The notes below the pieces were generated by a model. That model saw only the letters and a list, made by a program, of their open reading frames with translations. It was not told the DNA's origin and searched no databases. Both the position numbers and the translations under genes were made by a program. This document shows, in pieces, positions 17,405 to 28,033 of a DNA stretch of 34,484 bases. Location of the stretch: the NCBI GenBank assembly GCA_965369885.1, contig CBDUSV010000002.1, forward strand, positions 1-34,484, given 5' to 3'. Numbering within the stretch: the stretch's first letter is position 1; each line of letters begins with the position of its first letter. Origin of the DNA: an uncultured bacterium. GTDB lineage: Bacteria; Pseudomonadota; Alphaproteobacteria; SMXQ01.

Positions 17405-17944
17405 CTACAGCTTTTGCGGCAGGTCCTTGATGGCGCCTTCGATCAGGGCCTGGGCCCTTTGGTCATCGAGGTTGCGGACGATCAATTCACGGGTGGTCCT
17501 CAGCGCCAGATCGACGGCGGCATCGCGGACCTCGTCTATGGCCTGGGCCTCGGCCTGGGCGATCTTGTCGAGCGCCAGTTGCTCGAGGCGCTGTAGGGTT
17601 TCGGTGAGATCCTGGGCGGCGGTCTCGGCCAGGTTCCTGGCCTCGGCCTCGGCAATGTCGAGGATTTCCTCTGACTCCTTGACCGCGTCGCGCTGCTTGC
17701 GTTCAAAGCTGGCAAGCAGGGTCTGGGCCTCTTCGCGCAAATGCTCGGCCTCGTCCAGTTCGCCCTTGATCTTGGCGGAACGCGCATCAAGGGCCTCGGC
17801 GATCAGCTTTCCCACTGGCTTCGCCGTCGCGGCGACGAACAGCACGAAGGCGATCGCGAGCCAGAATTCGGCGCCCATATAGAAGGGCTCGGCATGGGCC
17901 GCAGCCGCCGCTGCCTTCGATGTCGCCGCCAGGGCCGCCATCAC
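17405..17944 (-). CDS. atpF: F0F1 ATP synthase subunit b
   Basis: Single N-terminal TM helix followed by a long charged coiled-coil rich in E, A, R and Q. Last gene of the F0 operon, with a 4-nt overlap to the b' gene. Confidence 0.85.
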   Translation of the reverse strand: MMAALAATSKAAAAAAHAEPFYMGAEFWLAIAFVLFVAATAKPVGKLIAEALDARSAKIKGELDEAEHLREEAQTLLASFERKQRDAVKESEEILDIAEAEARNLAETAAQDLTETLQRLEQLALDKIAQAEAQAIDEVRDAAVDLALRTTRELIVRNLDDQRAQALIEGAIKDLPQKL

Positions 17945-18432
17945 TCTTGCCCCCTGGCCGCGGCATCAAGGGCGTCATCGATGGCCTTGTCGTCGGGGGT
18001 GGCGCCGATCAGCTTGGCCGCGGCGTCACGGGAGATGTCCCTGGCGATGGCGTGGACTTCTCCCAGGGCTTCGGCGCGGGCGTCGTGGATACGCTGCTCC
18101 GCCGCCTTGGCCTGGGCGTCCAGGGTCTCCGCCAGGGCGTCGCGGCGCTCTGCCGCCTGCTTGGCGATGCGGTCCGCCGCCGCGGTCAGTTTGGCGTGGG
18201 CCTCGGCGTGGGCTTCGGCGAGGGACTTCTCATAGGCTTCACGCGCCGCCTCGGCCTCTTCCTTGAGGGCTTCGGCCTTATCAAGATTGCCGTCGATGCG
18301 TTTCAGCCGCGCATCCAGCACGTCGCCGATGCGCGGCAGCGCGATCCGCGCCATGATCAGATAGAGCGCGACGAAGGTGATGGCCAGCCACACCAGTTGG
18401 GGCAGGAAGGTCGCTACGTCGAGTTGCGGCAC
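17941..18432 (-). CDS. atpF2: F0F1 ATP synthase subunit b'
   Basis: MPQLDVATFLPQLVWLAITFVALYLIMARIALPRIGDVLDAR is the typical alphaproteobacterial b' N-terminus. A coiled-coil tail follows. Confidence 0.85.
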   Translation of the reverse strand: MPQLDVATFLPQLVWLAITFVALYLIMARIALPRIGDVLDARLKRIDGNLDKAEALKEEAEAAREAYEKSLAEAHAEAHAKLTAAADRIAKQAAERRDALAETLDAQAKAAEQRIHDARAEALGEVHAIARDISRDAAAKLIGATPDDKAIDDALDAAARGQE

Positions 18433-18484
18433 GTCAGGTCCTTATGTCGAGGCGTGGGCGGCAGCCAGGCTGCCGCCACAAGGC

Positions 18485-18715
18485 CTAGCCGAACAGGACC
18501 AAAAAGGCGATCAACAGCGCGTAAAGCGCGACCGCCTCGACCAGGGCGAAGCCCAGCATGGTGTAGGGGAACACCATGGCCCGGGCCGCCGGATTGCGCG
18601 CGACGGCGGTGATGAAGGCCGAAAACACCGAGCCGATGCCGACACCGACGCCGGCAAGACCGATGGTCGCGATCCCGGCACCGATCAATTTCGCAGCTTC
18701 CACATCCATGATCAT
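18485..18715 (-). CDS. atpE: F0F1 ATP synthase subunit c
   Basis: 76-aa hairpin proteolipid with a G-rich helix 1 ([17 protein letters not shown]), the polar loop ARNP, and a carboxylate in helix 2 ([10 protein letters not shown]). Confidence 0.93.
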   Translation of the reverse strand: MIMDVEAAKLIGAGIATIGLAGVGVGIGSVFSAFITAVARNPAARAMVFPYTMLGFALVEAVALYALLIAFLVLFG

Positions 18716-18773
18716 GTTTCCTTTTTTGCTGATGGGTTCAGAAGTCTCATAAGTTTTCCGCCCACACCGTTGG

Positions 18774-19565
18774 TTAGTGCAGATGCAGGGCGTCGGAAAG
18801 ATAAAGGCAGGTCAGAATGGTGAACACATAGGCCTGCAACACCGCGACGATGACCTCCAGGGCATACAGCGCGATGATGACGGCGATGGGGGCGAAGCCG
18901 GCAAAGCCGAGAACGACGACGAAGCCGGCGAAAACCTTGAGCATGGTATGGCCCGCCATCATGTTGGCGAACAGGCGCAGTGCCAGGGTCACCGGACGCG
19001 CCAGGTAGGACACCACCTCGATGGGGACCAACAGGGGCGCCATGTAAAGCGGCACCCCCGGCGGCATGAAGAAACTGAAAAAACGCAGTCCATGCTTGCA
19101 GATGGCGATCACCGTCACGCCGAGGAAGACCACGGCGGCGAGGGCGAAGGTGACGATGACATGGCTCGTCACCGTGAAGGCGTAGGGGATCAGCCCGATG
19201 GCATTGCTGAACAGCAGGAACATGAAGAGCGTGAAGACGAAGGGGAAATATTTACGCCCCTCCTTGCCGACATTGTCCCGCAACAGCGAGGCGATGAATT
19301 CATAACTGAGCTCGGCCATGGATTGCCATCGTCCCGGCACCAGGGCATGGCGCCGCATGCCGAGCGTCAGGAACAACGTCACCGCGGTGATGGCGATCAC
19401 CATATACAGCGAGGCGTTGGTGAAGGAGACGTCCATGCCGCCGATCTCGATCGGCATCAGGGTCTTGATCTCGAACTGTTCTAAAGGCTTGGCCACGTAC
19501 GATCCGTAATTTTGCGTTTGCCGGAAATCCGTGGGCGGTGGTGATGCCGCCCGGCGGGTTTCCAC
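18774..19565 (-). CDS. atpB: F0F1 ATP synthase subunit a
   Basis: PLEQFEI near the N-terminus, the conserved [13 protein letters not shown] (essential Arg) and [20 protein letters not shown]. The start is uncertain. The track start at 19565 is a GTG, and the GTG at 19496 ([10 protein letters not shown]) matches the usual N-terminus better. Confidence 0.9.
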   Translation of the reverse strand: METRRAASPPPTDFRQTQNYGSYVAKPLEQFEIKTLMPIEIGGMDVSFTNASLYMVIAITAVTLFLTLGMRRHALVPGRWQSMAELSYEFIASLLRDNVGKEGRKYFPFVFTLFMFLLFSNAIGLIPYAFTVTSHVIVTFALAAVVFLGVTVIAICKHGLRFFSFFMPPGVPLYMAPLLVPIEVVSYLARPVTLALRLFANMMAGHTMLKVFAGFVVVLGFAGFAPIAVIIALYALEVIVAVLQAYVFTILTCLYLSDALHLH

Positions 19566-19640
19566 TTAATCTTCCGGCCCCTTAATCTTTCGGCCCCTTG
19601 TCTTCCGGCCCCTTGTCCTCTGGCCCCTTGTCCTCAGCTT
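19566..19640 (-). repeat. Tandem 15/16-nt repeat (minus strand GARGAYAAGGGGCCR), about 5 units, spanning the atpI 3' end, the atpI stop and the atpI-atpB junction
   Basis: Read directly on the minus strand: GAGGACAAGGGGCCA, GAGGACAAGGGGCCG, GAAGACAAGGGGCCG, AAAGATTAAGGGGCCG, GAAGATTAAG(TG). The last two units carry a 1-nt insertion that creates a TAA. Confidence 0.85.
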
Positions 19641-19968
19641 GGTCTTCCCCAGGGGGGCGGTACCCCGCGGCAAGACCGAGCCCGGCCACGGTGCGGTAGA
19701 CATTCAACATCCCAGCGGCGGAGCCGACGAAAAAGAACACCACCATGAGCCAGGGCCGGGTGCCGAGCCACTGGTCCAAAAGCCAGCCGATACCGGTCCC
19801 GACCACCAGGCCCGCGACCAACTCGGTGCCGACCCTGAATGCCATGCCAAGGCCACTGGCCGGCGCCGCGGCGCCATCACTTTCCTCGTCGGCGGAGGTT
19901 TCCCCCCGCGCCTTGCGCAGACGGGCATCCAAATCTTCCAGGGAAGGACGAGGGTCAGGTTCGTTCAT
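19582..19968 (-). CDS. atpI: ATP synthase protein I (AtpI/AtpZ family) with a repeat-encoded C-terminal tail
   Basis: First gene of the F0 operon. Two TM helices are present (FRVGTELVAGLVVGTGIGWLLD, PWLMVVFFFVGSAAGMLNVY). The C-terminus ends in EDKGPEDKGPEDKGPKD. Confidence 0.8.
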   Translation of the reverse strand: MNEPDPRPSLEDLDARLRKARGETSADEESDGAAAPASGLGMAFRVGTELVAGLVVGTGIGWLLDQWLGTRPWLMVVFFFVGSAAGMLNVYRTVAGLGLAAGYRPPGEDQAEDKGPEDKGPEDKGPKD

Positions 19969-20021
19969 GAAAAGCTCGTCAACCCTCCCTCACGGGGTGC
20001 CACGCCGGCTTGGGCGAGCGC

Positions 20022-20050
20022 ACCATAAAAGCTAGCCCAAACCCTGTCAA
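20022..20050 (-). promoter_or_regulatory. Candidate sigma70-type promoter of the atpIBEF'F operon
   Basis: The minus strand reads TTGACA (20050..20045), a 17-nt spacer, then TATGGT (20027..20022). It lies about 55 nt upstream of the atpI ATG in an AT-richer intergenic stretch. Confidence 0.4.
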
Positions 20051-20100
20051 GGCTCATGGGATTTTCAATAACTAACTGAAAAATAGAGATAAAAATGCCG

Positions 20101-23100
20101 TCACGCGGCGCGCAACCGGCCCGCTTGCTGGAGGTCCACGGACACCAGTTGCGACACGCCGCGTTCGGCCATGGTGACGCCGAACAGTTTGTCCATGCGT
20201 GCCATGGTGGTGCGGTGGTGGGTCACCAAAAGGAAGCGGGTCGCGGAGTTGTGGGCGAGCTCTTCGACCAGGTCCAAGAAGCGGTCGACATTGGAATCAT
20301 CCAAGGGCGCGTCGACCTCGTCGAGGATACAGATCGGGGCCGGATTGGTCAGGAAGACGCCAAACAACAGCGCGATGGTGGTCAGGGCCTGCTCGCCGCC
20401 GGACAACAACGACATGATCTGCAGCCGCTTGCCCGGTGGCCGCGCCATGATCTCGAGGCCGGCCTCCAGGGGATCGTCGGATTCGGTCAGCGTCAAATGG
20501 GCGACGCCGCCGCCGAACAGGCGGGTGAAGAGTTCCTGGAAATGGGTGTTGACGGCCTCGAACGCCGTCAGGAAGCGGGCGCGTCCCTCGCGGTTGAGCT
20601 GATTGATGCCCTGTCGCAGCCGCGCGATGGCCCCGATCAGGTCTTCGCGTTCGGTCGCCATGGTGGATATCCGTTCACCCAGCTCTTCGGCTTCGGCCTC
20701 GGCCCGCAGGTTCACTGGGCCCATATTGTCGCGTTCGCGGATCAGCCGTTCGAGCCGCGCCTCAAGGACGTCTTGGTCGGCGGGCTGATCTTCCTTGAGG
20801 CCTGAGATTTCGAAGACATCGGCCGGGGTGCACTGCAAGCGTTCGCGGATACGCGCATCAAGCTCGTCGAGGGCCTGGCGCGCCTGGTTGACGCCGCCTT
20901 CGCAACGCGCCCGGTCTTCCCTGGCTTCGGCGAGCGCCCCTTCGGCGGCGCGCAGCGCGCCGTCGGCCTCGGCCAGCGCGCTCTCGCCCTTGGCGAGGGC
21001 GTCGGCGGAGGCCTGGCGCGCCAGTTCCGCTTCCTCGATGCGGCTGGTGAGCTGAAGGCGCTCGGTGGCGATTTGCTGGGGGCGGCCGGCAAGACGCGCG
21101 ATGTCGTTCTCGACGGTGGTCTTGCGGGCCTCGAGCTCGCTGATCTGGCGGTTGGCGTTGTCGGCGTGGATCTGGCGTATTTCGCGCTCGCGGCCCAGAT
21201 CGGCGAGCCGCTGGCCGCGGGCGGCGATCTCGCGGATGAGAAAATCGTAGGCCCTTTGCCGTTCATCGAGCGCCCCACGGCATTCGGTGAGCTTGGTCTT
21301 GAGCGACGCGGCCCGGCCGCGGTTGGCCTCGATGTCACCGAAGCTGCCGGCGGCCTTCTCTGCGGCCTTGGCCTGTTCGATGGCCTCCGCCAGGTCGGTT
21401 TCCAGCCGCTCGCGGTTGATCTCCAGCCCTTCGATCTGGGATGAGCGCGCGGCGACGGTCTGGACCAGCACCACGGACTCCTCGCGGGCCTTTTGCAAGG
21501 CCAGATCGGCGTCCTTGACCGCCTCGCGGGCCTCGCGTTCGGTCTTGGTCGCGGTCACCAGCCCATCCTGGGCCTGGGTGTGGCGGGTGCGGGCCTCGCC
21601 AAGCCGGGATTCGGCTTGGGTAAGTTCGCCGTCAATCTCGCGCAGTCTTTGGAGCTGGTTGAGCCGTGTCGCCGCCGCGGTCGAGGCGTCAGGGGTGATG
21701 GTGAAGCCGTCCCAGCGCCACAGGGCGCCGTCACGGCTGACCAGGCGTTGGCCTTGCGCCAGGCCGCCACGCAACCTTTCGCCATCTTCCGTGCTGTCGA
21801 CCAGGCCGGTCTGGGACAAACGCCGGGTCAGGGCGTCGGGCGCCTTGACGAATTCACCGAGAGGACGCACCCCATCGGGCAGGGCCGGGGCATCGTCGGC
21901 CGGGCCAAGCGCGCGCCAGTGCACCGGCGCGGATTCATCCAGAGGCGCGGTCAGATCGTCGCCCAACGCCGCGCCAAGGGCGGTCTCGAACCCGGCCTCG
22001 ACCGTCAACTCGTCGCTGAGCGGCGTCCAGGGGTTGGCATCATCGACCTGCAAGAGATCACAAAGGGCCTTTTCCTCGGCGCGCAGCTGGGCGGCGGCGT
22101 TTTCCGCCAACTGGGCCTCGTCGCGGGCAACGGTTTCGGCCTCCATGGCGTCGATGCGGGCCTGATCGGCGGCCTCAGCATCGTCGCGGGCCTGGTTCAG
22201 TTCCCCCCGGGCCTTGGCAACGATTGCCTCGGCATCATCGAGGTCGCGCTTGTCGGTGGTGGCGCTCTGGATGGCGTCACGGTCATGTTCGTTGTCTTCG
22301 ATGCGCTGGCGGAGCGTGGTCTGGCGCTCATCAAGCTCGGCCTGGCGGCCAACCAGGTCGGCGCGCCGGGCCTCGTCGGCGGCGAGCTTTCCGGTCAGTT
22401 CGGTGAGCTGGTCTTCGAGCTGGGTGGCATCGGTTTTCGCCGCCGCCAGGGCCTTTTCGGCCTCGTGCTCGGCCTCCGATTCCTCCTGGCATGAACGGTT
22501 CAGCGCGGTGATTTCCCCGTCGATGCGGGCGGTGGCCTCGGCGGCCTCGGCGGCAAGCTGGCGTTCCCGGGTGCTGTCGCTGGCGATCTGGTTAAGCCGG
22601 TTCTGGCCCTCTTCGCAGGCTTGGCGCACGCGCGCTTCCTCGGCATCGAGACTTTCGCGGCCGATCATCAGGCGCTGCAGCACGGCGGCGGCGCCGGCCT
22701 CGGCGTCGCGCAACGCCGGCAACTTGGCCGCGATGTCGGCCTGGGTGGTGGCGGCTGCGCCGGCGGCGCGGGTGCATTCCTGGACCCGGGATTCGGCCGC
22801 CTGGATGCGGTACCCGGCTTCTTCGAGGGTCTTGGAGGCCACGGTCCAGCGCACGTGGAACAGGGCCGCCTCGGCACGGCGGATGTGATCTGAGAGATTG
22901 CGGTAGCGGCTGGCCTGGCGGGACTGGCGCTTGAGGCCGCGGAGCTGGTCTTCGAGCGCGATGACCACGTCGTCGAGCCGCTCCAGGTTGGTGTCGGCGG
23001 CGCGCAGGCGCAATTCCGCTTCGTGACGGCGTGAATGCAGCCCGGTGATGCCGGCGGCTTCCTCGATCAAGGCGCGCCGGTCGATCGGCTTGGCGCCGAT

Positions 23101-23556
23101 CAGGGCGCCGATCTGGCCCTGGCTGACTAGGGCGGTGGAGCGTGACCCGGTGGCGGCGTCGGCGAACAGCAGCTGGACGTCGCGGGCGCGCACTTCACGG
23201 CCGTTGATGCGATAGGACGAGCCGCTGCCACGGTCGATGCGGCGCGTCACCTCGAGCTCTTCGCTATCGTTGTAAGCGGCGGGCGCCGAGCGCTCCGAAT
23301 TGTCGAGATAAAGCGTGACCTCGGCAATATCGCGGATCGGGCGTTCGGCGGTGCCGCCGAAGATGACGTCGTCCATTTCGCCGCCGCGGAGTTTCTTGGC
23401 CGAATTCTCGCCCATCACCCAGCGCAGGGATTCGATGATGTTGGACTTGCCGCAGCCGTTGGGGCCGACGATGCCGGTCATGCCTGGCTCGATCAAAAGT
23501 TCGGTGGGATCTATGAAGGACTTGAAGCCGGAAAGGCGAATTTTGGTGAACTGCAC
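20101..23556 (-). CDS. smc: Chromosome segregation protein SMC
   Basis: The N-terminus is MQFTKIRLSGFKSFIDPTELLIEPGMTGIVGPNGCGKSNIIESLRWVMGE (Walker A). It is 1151 aa with long coiled coils. The C-terminus has the signature LSGGEQALTTIALLF and Walker B ILDEVDAPLD. Confidence 0.95.
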   Translation of the reverse strand: MQFTKIRLSGFKSFIDPTELLIEPGMTGIVGPNGCGKSNIIESLRWVMGENSAKKLRGGEMDDVIFGGTAERPIRDIAEVTLYLDNSERSAPAAYNDSEELEVTRRIDRGSGSSYRINGREVRARDVQLLFADAATGSRSTALVSQGQIGALIGAKPIDRRALIEEAAGITGLHSRRHEAELRLRAADTNLERLDDVVIALEDQLRGLKRQSRQASRYRNLSDHIRRAEAALFHVRWTVASKTLEEAGYRIQAAESRVQECTRAAGAAATTQADIAAKLPALRDAEAGAAAVLQRLMIGRESLDAEEARVRQACEEGQNRLNQIASDSTRERQLAAEAAEATARIDGEITALNRSCQEESEAEHEAEKALAAAKTDATQLEDQLTELTGKLAADEARRADLVGRQAELDERQTTLRQRIEDNEHDRDAIQSATTDKRDLDDAEAIVAKARGELNQARDDAEAADQARIDAMEAETVARDEAQLAENAAAQLRAEEKALCDLLQVDDANPWTPLSDELTVEAGFETALGAALGDDLTAPLDESAPVHWRALGPADDAPALPDGVRPLGEFVKAPDALTRRLSQTGLVDSTEDGERLRGGLAQGQRLVSRDGALWRWDGFTITPDASTAAATRLNQLQRLREIDGELTQAESRLGEARTRHTQAQDGLVTATKTEREAREAVKDADLALQKAREESVVLVQTVAARSSQIEGLEINRERLETDLAEAIEQAKAAEKAAGSFGDIEANRGRAASLKTKLTECRGALDERQRAYDFLIREIAARGQRLADLGREREIRQIHADNANRQISELEARKTTVENDIARLAGRPQQIATERLQLTSRIEEAELARQASADALAKGESALAEADGALRAAEGALAEAREDRARCEGGVNQARQALDELDARIRERLQCTPADVFEISGLKEDQPADQDVLEARLERLIRERDNMGPVNLRAEAEAEELGERISTMATEREDLIGAIARLRQGINQLNREGRARFLTAFEAVNTHFQELFTRLFGGGVAHLTLTESDDPLEAGLEIMARPPGKRLQIMSLLSGGEQALTTIALLFGVFLTNPAPICILDEVDAPLDDSNVDRFLDLVEELAHNSATRFLLVTHHRTTMARMDKLFGVTMAERGVSQLVSVDLQQAGRLRAA

Positions 23557-23595
23557 TGGAGATCCTTGTGTCTGAAGCGGTCCGGAAGCTCAGGG

Positions 23596-24255
23596 CTATT
23601 TTAGCAAGGGCGCGATGATTTTGTCGATTTCCGCGATGCTCAGCGCGCCGGCGTGGACCTGGCCATTGATGATGAGGGTCGGCGTCGAATTGATGGAGAA
23701 TTTATTCTGGCCATCGACCCGTTGGGCGAGGATCTTCTTCTCGATCTCCTTGTTCTCCATGCAGGCATTGAAGACCTTCTGCGACATGCCGCCACCGAGG
23801 CCGATGCGCGCCAGTGCCTGGGTCGGGTTGTCGGCCCGCGCCCAACCGTCCTGGGTCATGAACATGGCGTCGATGAAACCGAGGTAACGTTCGCGGCCGG
23901 CGCAGCGCGCCATCATCGAACCCTGCAAGGCATAGCGGTCGAGGGGAAAGTCGCGGTAGACCAGCCGCACCTTGCCGGTCTTGATATATTTTTCCTTCAA
24001 CTGGGGCAGGGTGTCGGTGTGGAAACGCGCGCAATGGGGGCAAGTCAGCGAGGCATATTCGACGATGGTGATCGGCGCATCGGGCTTGCCCATGGTGTAA
24101 TCATCAGCGCTGATGACCGGCATCACCGCCTTGGACGCGCTCGCCGCCACCGGTGATTCGCCTTCGTCGGTTTCAGGCCCGGTATTTTCGGTGATCGCCA
24201 GGCCAGCGATGGCGAGAACAGCGACCACGGCGAGAGCAATCAAAATATTACGCAT
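23596..24255 (-). CDS. DsbA family thiol:disulfide oxidoreductase (membrane-anchored or secreted)
   Basis: N-terminal hydrophobic anchor MRNILIALAVVAVLAIAGLAI and active site CPHC in YASLTCPHCARFH. A strong AGGAGG lies upstream of the ATG. Confidence 0.85.
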   Translation of the reverse strand: MRNILIALAVVAVLAIAGLAITENTGPETDEGESPVAASASKAVMPVISADDYTMGKPDAPITIVEYASLTCPHCARFHTDTLPQLKEKYIKTGKVRLVYRDFPLDRYALQGSMMARCAGRERYLGFIDAMFMTQDGWARADNPTQALARIGLGGGMSQKVFNACMENKEIEKKILAQRVDGQNKFSINSTPTLIINGQVHAGALSIAEIDKIIAPLLK

Positions 24256-24328
24256 TCAAGCCTCCTAACCACAACATATAGCGTAAACCCGACAGTTTCG
24301 TCTAGGGGGATGATACCTTATAGGGGGT

Positions 24329-24886
24329 TCATGGCTTGTGCGAAGCCTTGCCGTGAAGCTGGACCGCCGCGTCCAGACTGGCGAGGGCGGCACGCAAATC
24401 TTCATCATTGATCTTCGAGACCTCAGCGGTGGGGATCGGCGCCGTTGTCGGTGCCGGTGGCTGGGGTTCCGCCGCCGGCGCCGCGCCGGTCCCGGGGGGC
24501 ACCGTACCCTGGCTGATGGCGAGTTGCGCCACCGCCCGGTAGCCGAAATAGCTGTTGATGCGCTCGATCACCTGGGGCGACAGATGTTGCAGTTCCGTCG
24601 CCCAGGCGCTTTCGACGCGGATGTAAAGGGTGCCGTCGCTACGCTCGCCCTTGGGGTAGGAAATCCGTTGAGGCATGGTTCGCAGGGCCAACACCTTGCC
24701 CATGATTTCGGGCCAGTCGGTGAGCATGCCGGCCTCGGCGAAACCCCGCTTGCGGAACAAGGGCCCCGTCACCTTGGCGGTGGCCGCCCCCAAGGCCCGC
24801 ATGCCGCCGCGTTTGGCCGGTTTGGACGCTTTGGTCGATGCTGTCATCTTGCCACCGTCAATGGACTGTCCCCGTCCGGCTGTCAA
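24329..24886 (-). CDS. DUF721 domain protein (DciA-like)
   Basis: The core region KRGFAEAGMLTDWPEIMG...GTLYIRVESAWATELQHLSPQVIERINSYFGYRAV matches the DUF721/COG5512 pattern as I recall it. The start is uncertain, with in-frame ATGs at 24886, 24847 and 24802. Confidence 0.7.
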   Translation of the reverse strand: MTAGRGQSIDGGKMTASTKASKPAKRGGMRALGAATAKVTGPLFRKRGFAEAGMLTDWPEIMGKVLALRTMPQRISYPKGERSDGTLYIRVESAWATELQHLSPQVIERINSYFGYRAVAQLAISQGTVPPGTGAAPAAEPQPPAPTTAPIPTAEVSKINDEDLRAALASLDAAVQLHGKASHKP

Positions 24887-24933
24887 CCTTCCGCCTCGGA
24901 TCGCGGAAAAGTTTTGTGGTAGATTGCCAAGTC

Positions 24934-26088
24934 ATGGTGGATCGGACAACCGCAAGCACCAGTGAGAGTGGGTTTGATAAGGCCGGGATGGCGGCGCGGC
25001 TGCTGGATTGGTATGACATCCACAAGCGCGATCTGCCCTGGCGTCCGGATTCTAGGCGCGGGCGCGCCGCCGATCCCTACCGCATCTGGCTCGGCGAGAT
25101 CATGTCCCAGCAGACCACCCTGGCGGCGGTGGCGCCTTATTTCCAAAATTTTGTCACCCGCTGGCCTTCCGTCCATGCCCTGGCCCGATCTTCCCTCGAT
25201 GATGTGCTCCATGGCTGGCAGGGGCTCGGCTATTACGCCCGGGCGCGCAATCTCCATGCCTGCGCCCGGGTGGTGAGCCGCGAGCTCGATGGCCGCTTCC
25301 CCGAGACCGAGGCCGAACTCAAAAAGCTTCCGGGGATCGGGCCTTATAGCGCCGCCGCCATCGCCGCCATCGCCTTCGGCCAACCGGCGACGGTGGTGGA
25401 TGGCAATGTGGAGCGCGTCATGGCCCGATTGCACGCGGTCACCCAACCCTTGCCGGCGGCCAAGGCGCGGCTCGCCGCGCTGGCGGCGTCACTCACGCCG
25501 CGGTCACGTGCGGGCGATTACGCCCAAGGGGTGATGGATCTGGGCGCCATGGTGTGCAAGCCGCGCCGGCCCGATTGCGGCCATTGCCCTTGGGCCGGGG
25601 CGTGCAGGGCCCATGCCCTCGGCATTGCCGGTGAGCTGCCCAAGCGCGCCGCCAAGACCAAGAAGCCCCTGCGCCACGGCTTCGCGTTCTGGGCCGTCAG
25701 GGGCGATGGCGCCGTCATGCTGCGCCGCCGGCCGCGCCACGGGCTGTTGGGCGGCATGGTCGAGGTGCCGTCATCAAGCTGGGGCGCGCCGCCCGATGAT
25801 TTCGCCGCCGGCCTCAAGGACGCCATCGCCAAGGCCCCCTATGAGGCCGATTGGCGGCGCCTTCCCGGCACCGTCAGCCACAGCTTCACCCATTTCGATC
25901 TCAACATCACGGTGCTGGCGGGCCGGGTCGACGAGATCGCCGGCCCGGCCGGGGATGGCCTTGGGGATAAAGGTCCTGCGCTGTGGTGTCAGCCTGGGCG
26001 CGAGCGGGACTACGCCCTGCCGACGGTGATGAAGAAGATCGTTACTCATGCCCGGGCCCACGCCCACGCGGGCATTGATCCGGAATAA
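24934..26088 (+). CDS. mutY: A/G-specific adenine DNA glycosylase
   Basis: LLDWYDIHKRDLPWR, YRIWLGEIMSQQT, GLGYYARARNL, LPGIGPYSAAAIAAIAF and the 4Fe-4S loop CKPRRPDCGHCPWAGAC (C-x6-C-x2-C-x5-C), plus a C-terminal NUDIX-like domain. I chose the ATG at 24934. The track's 24838 start would overlap the divergent DUF721 gene. Confidence 0.92.
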   Translation: MVDRTTASTSESGFDKAGMAARLLDWYDIHKRDLPWRPDSRRGRAADPYRIWLGEIMSQQTTLAAVAPYFQNFVTRWPSVHALARSSLDDVLHGWQGLGYYARARNLHACARVVSRELDGRFPETEAELKKLPGIGPYSAAAIAAIAFGQPATVVDGNVERVMARLHAVTQPLPAAKARLAALAASLTPRSRAGDYAQGVMDLGAMVCKPRRPDCGHCPWAGACRAHALGIAGELPKRAAKTKKPLRHGFAFWAVRGDGAVMLRRRPRHGLLGGMVEVPSSSWGAPPDDFAAGLKDAIAKAPYEADWRRLPGTVSHSFTHFDLNITVLAGRVDEIAGPAGDGLGDKGPALWCQPGRERDYALPTVMKKIVTHARAHAHAGIDPE

Positions 26089-26093
26089 GCCGC

Positions 26094-27359
<1,266 letters not shown>

Positions 27360-27371
<12 letters not shown>

Positions 27372-27998
27372 CGGCGCCATCAGGCGTCGGATCGGGGCAA
27401 AAGACCGGCGGTGATGGCGGGTCGGGCCCCGGATTGCGAGGCCTTCTTTGTGCTGGGCGGTGCCATAACCGGCGTTGCGTTCCCAGCCGAAAGCGGGATG
27501 GCGCCGGGCCAGTTCGGCCATGATGCCGTCGCGGGTGACCTTGGCGACGATGGAGGCGGCGGCGATCGAAAGGCTGATGCCGTCACCGCCGACCACGGTC
27601 CTGACGGCGCAGGGCAGTTCCGGCGCCCGGTTGCCGTCGACCAGGGCGAGGGCGGGGGTGATGTCCAGCGCCCGGAGCGCCCGGCCCATGGCCAGCATGG
27701 TTGCTTCCAAGACATTGACCCGGTCGATCTCGGCGGCAGACGCGCCGCCGATGCCGATATTGACGCCGCGGCCCACAAGCGCCCGCAAGTCCGCATAGAC
27801 GCGTTCACGCCGGTTGCGCGAAAGCGCCTTGGAATCGTCGATGCGGTCTAAAAGCTCAGAAGGTAGCCGCTCGCGGTCAAGCACCACTGCGGCGGCGATG
27901 ACGGGACCGGCCCAGGGCCCGCGTCCGGCTTCGTCGATGCCGGCAACGAGCCCAGGATGGTCAAGCTGATGGGCAAGCTCTAGTCGGAAGTCGGGCAT
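27360..27998 (-). CDS. rnhB: Ribonuclease HII
   Basis: AGIDEAGRGPWAGPVIAAAV (DEAGRG catalytic motif), DSK in RIDDSKALS, and ASIVAKVTRD. Confidence 0.93.
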
Positions 27999-28033
27999 CG
28001 CCCGAAACTAACATGGTTGGCCGAAAGTGAAAC

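Noticed and set aside
17352-18612. Plus-strand ORFs 17352..17882 and 17920..18612, rich in S, A and R, opposite atpF and atpF'.
   Set aside because: These are antisense readings of the Ala/Glu/Arg-rich coiled-coil genes. The minus-strand products have the canonical b and b' N-terminal TM helix and operon context.
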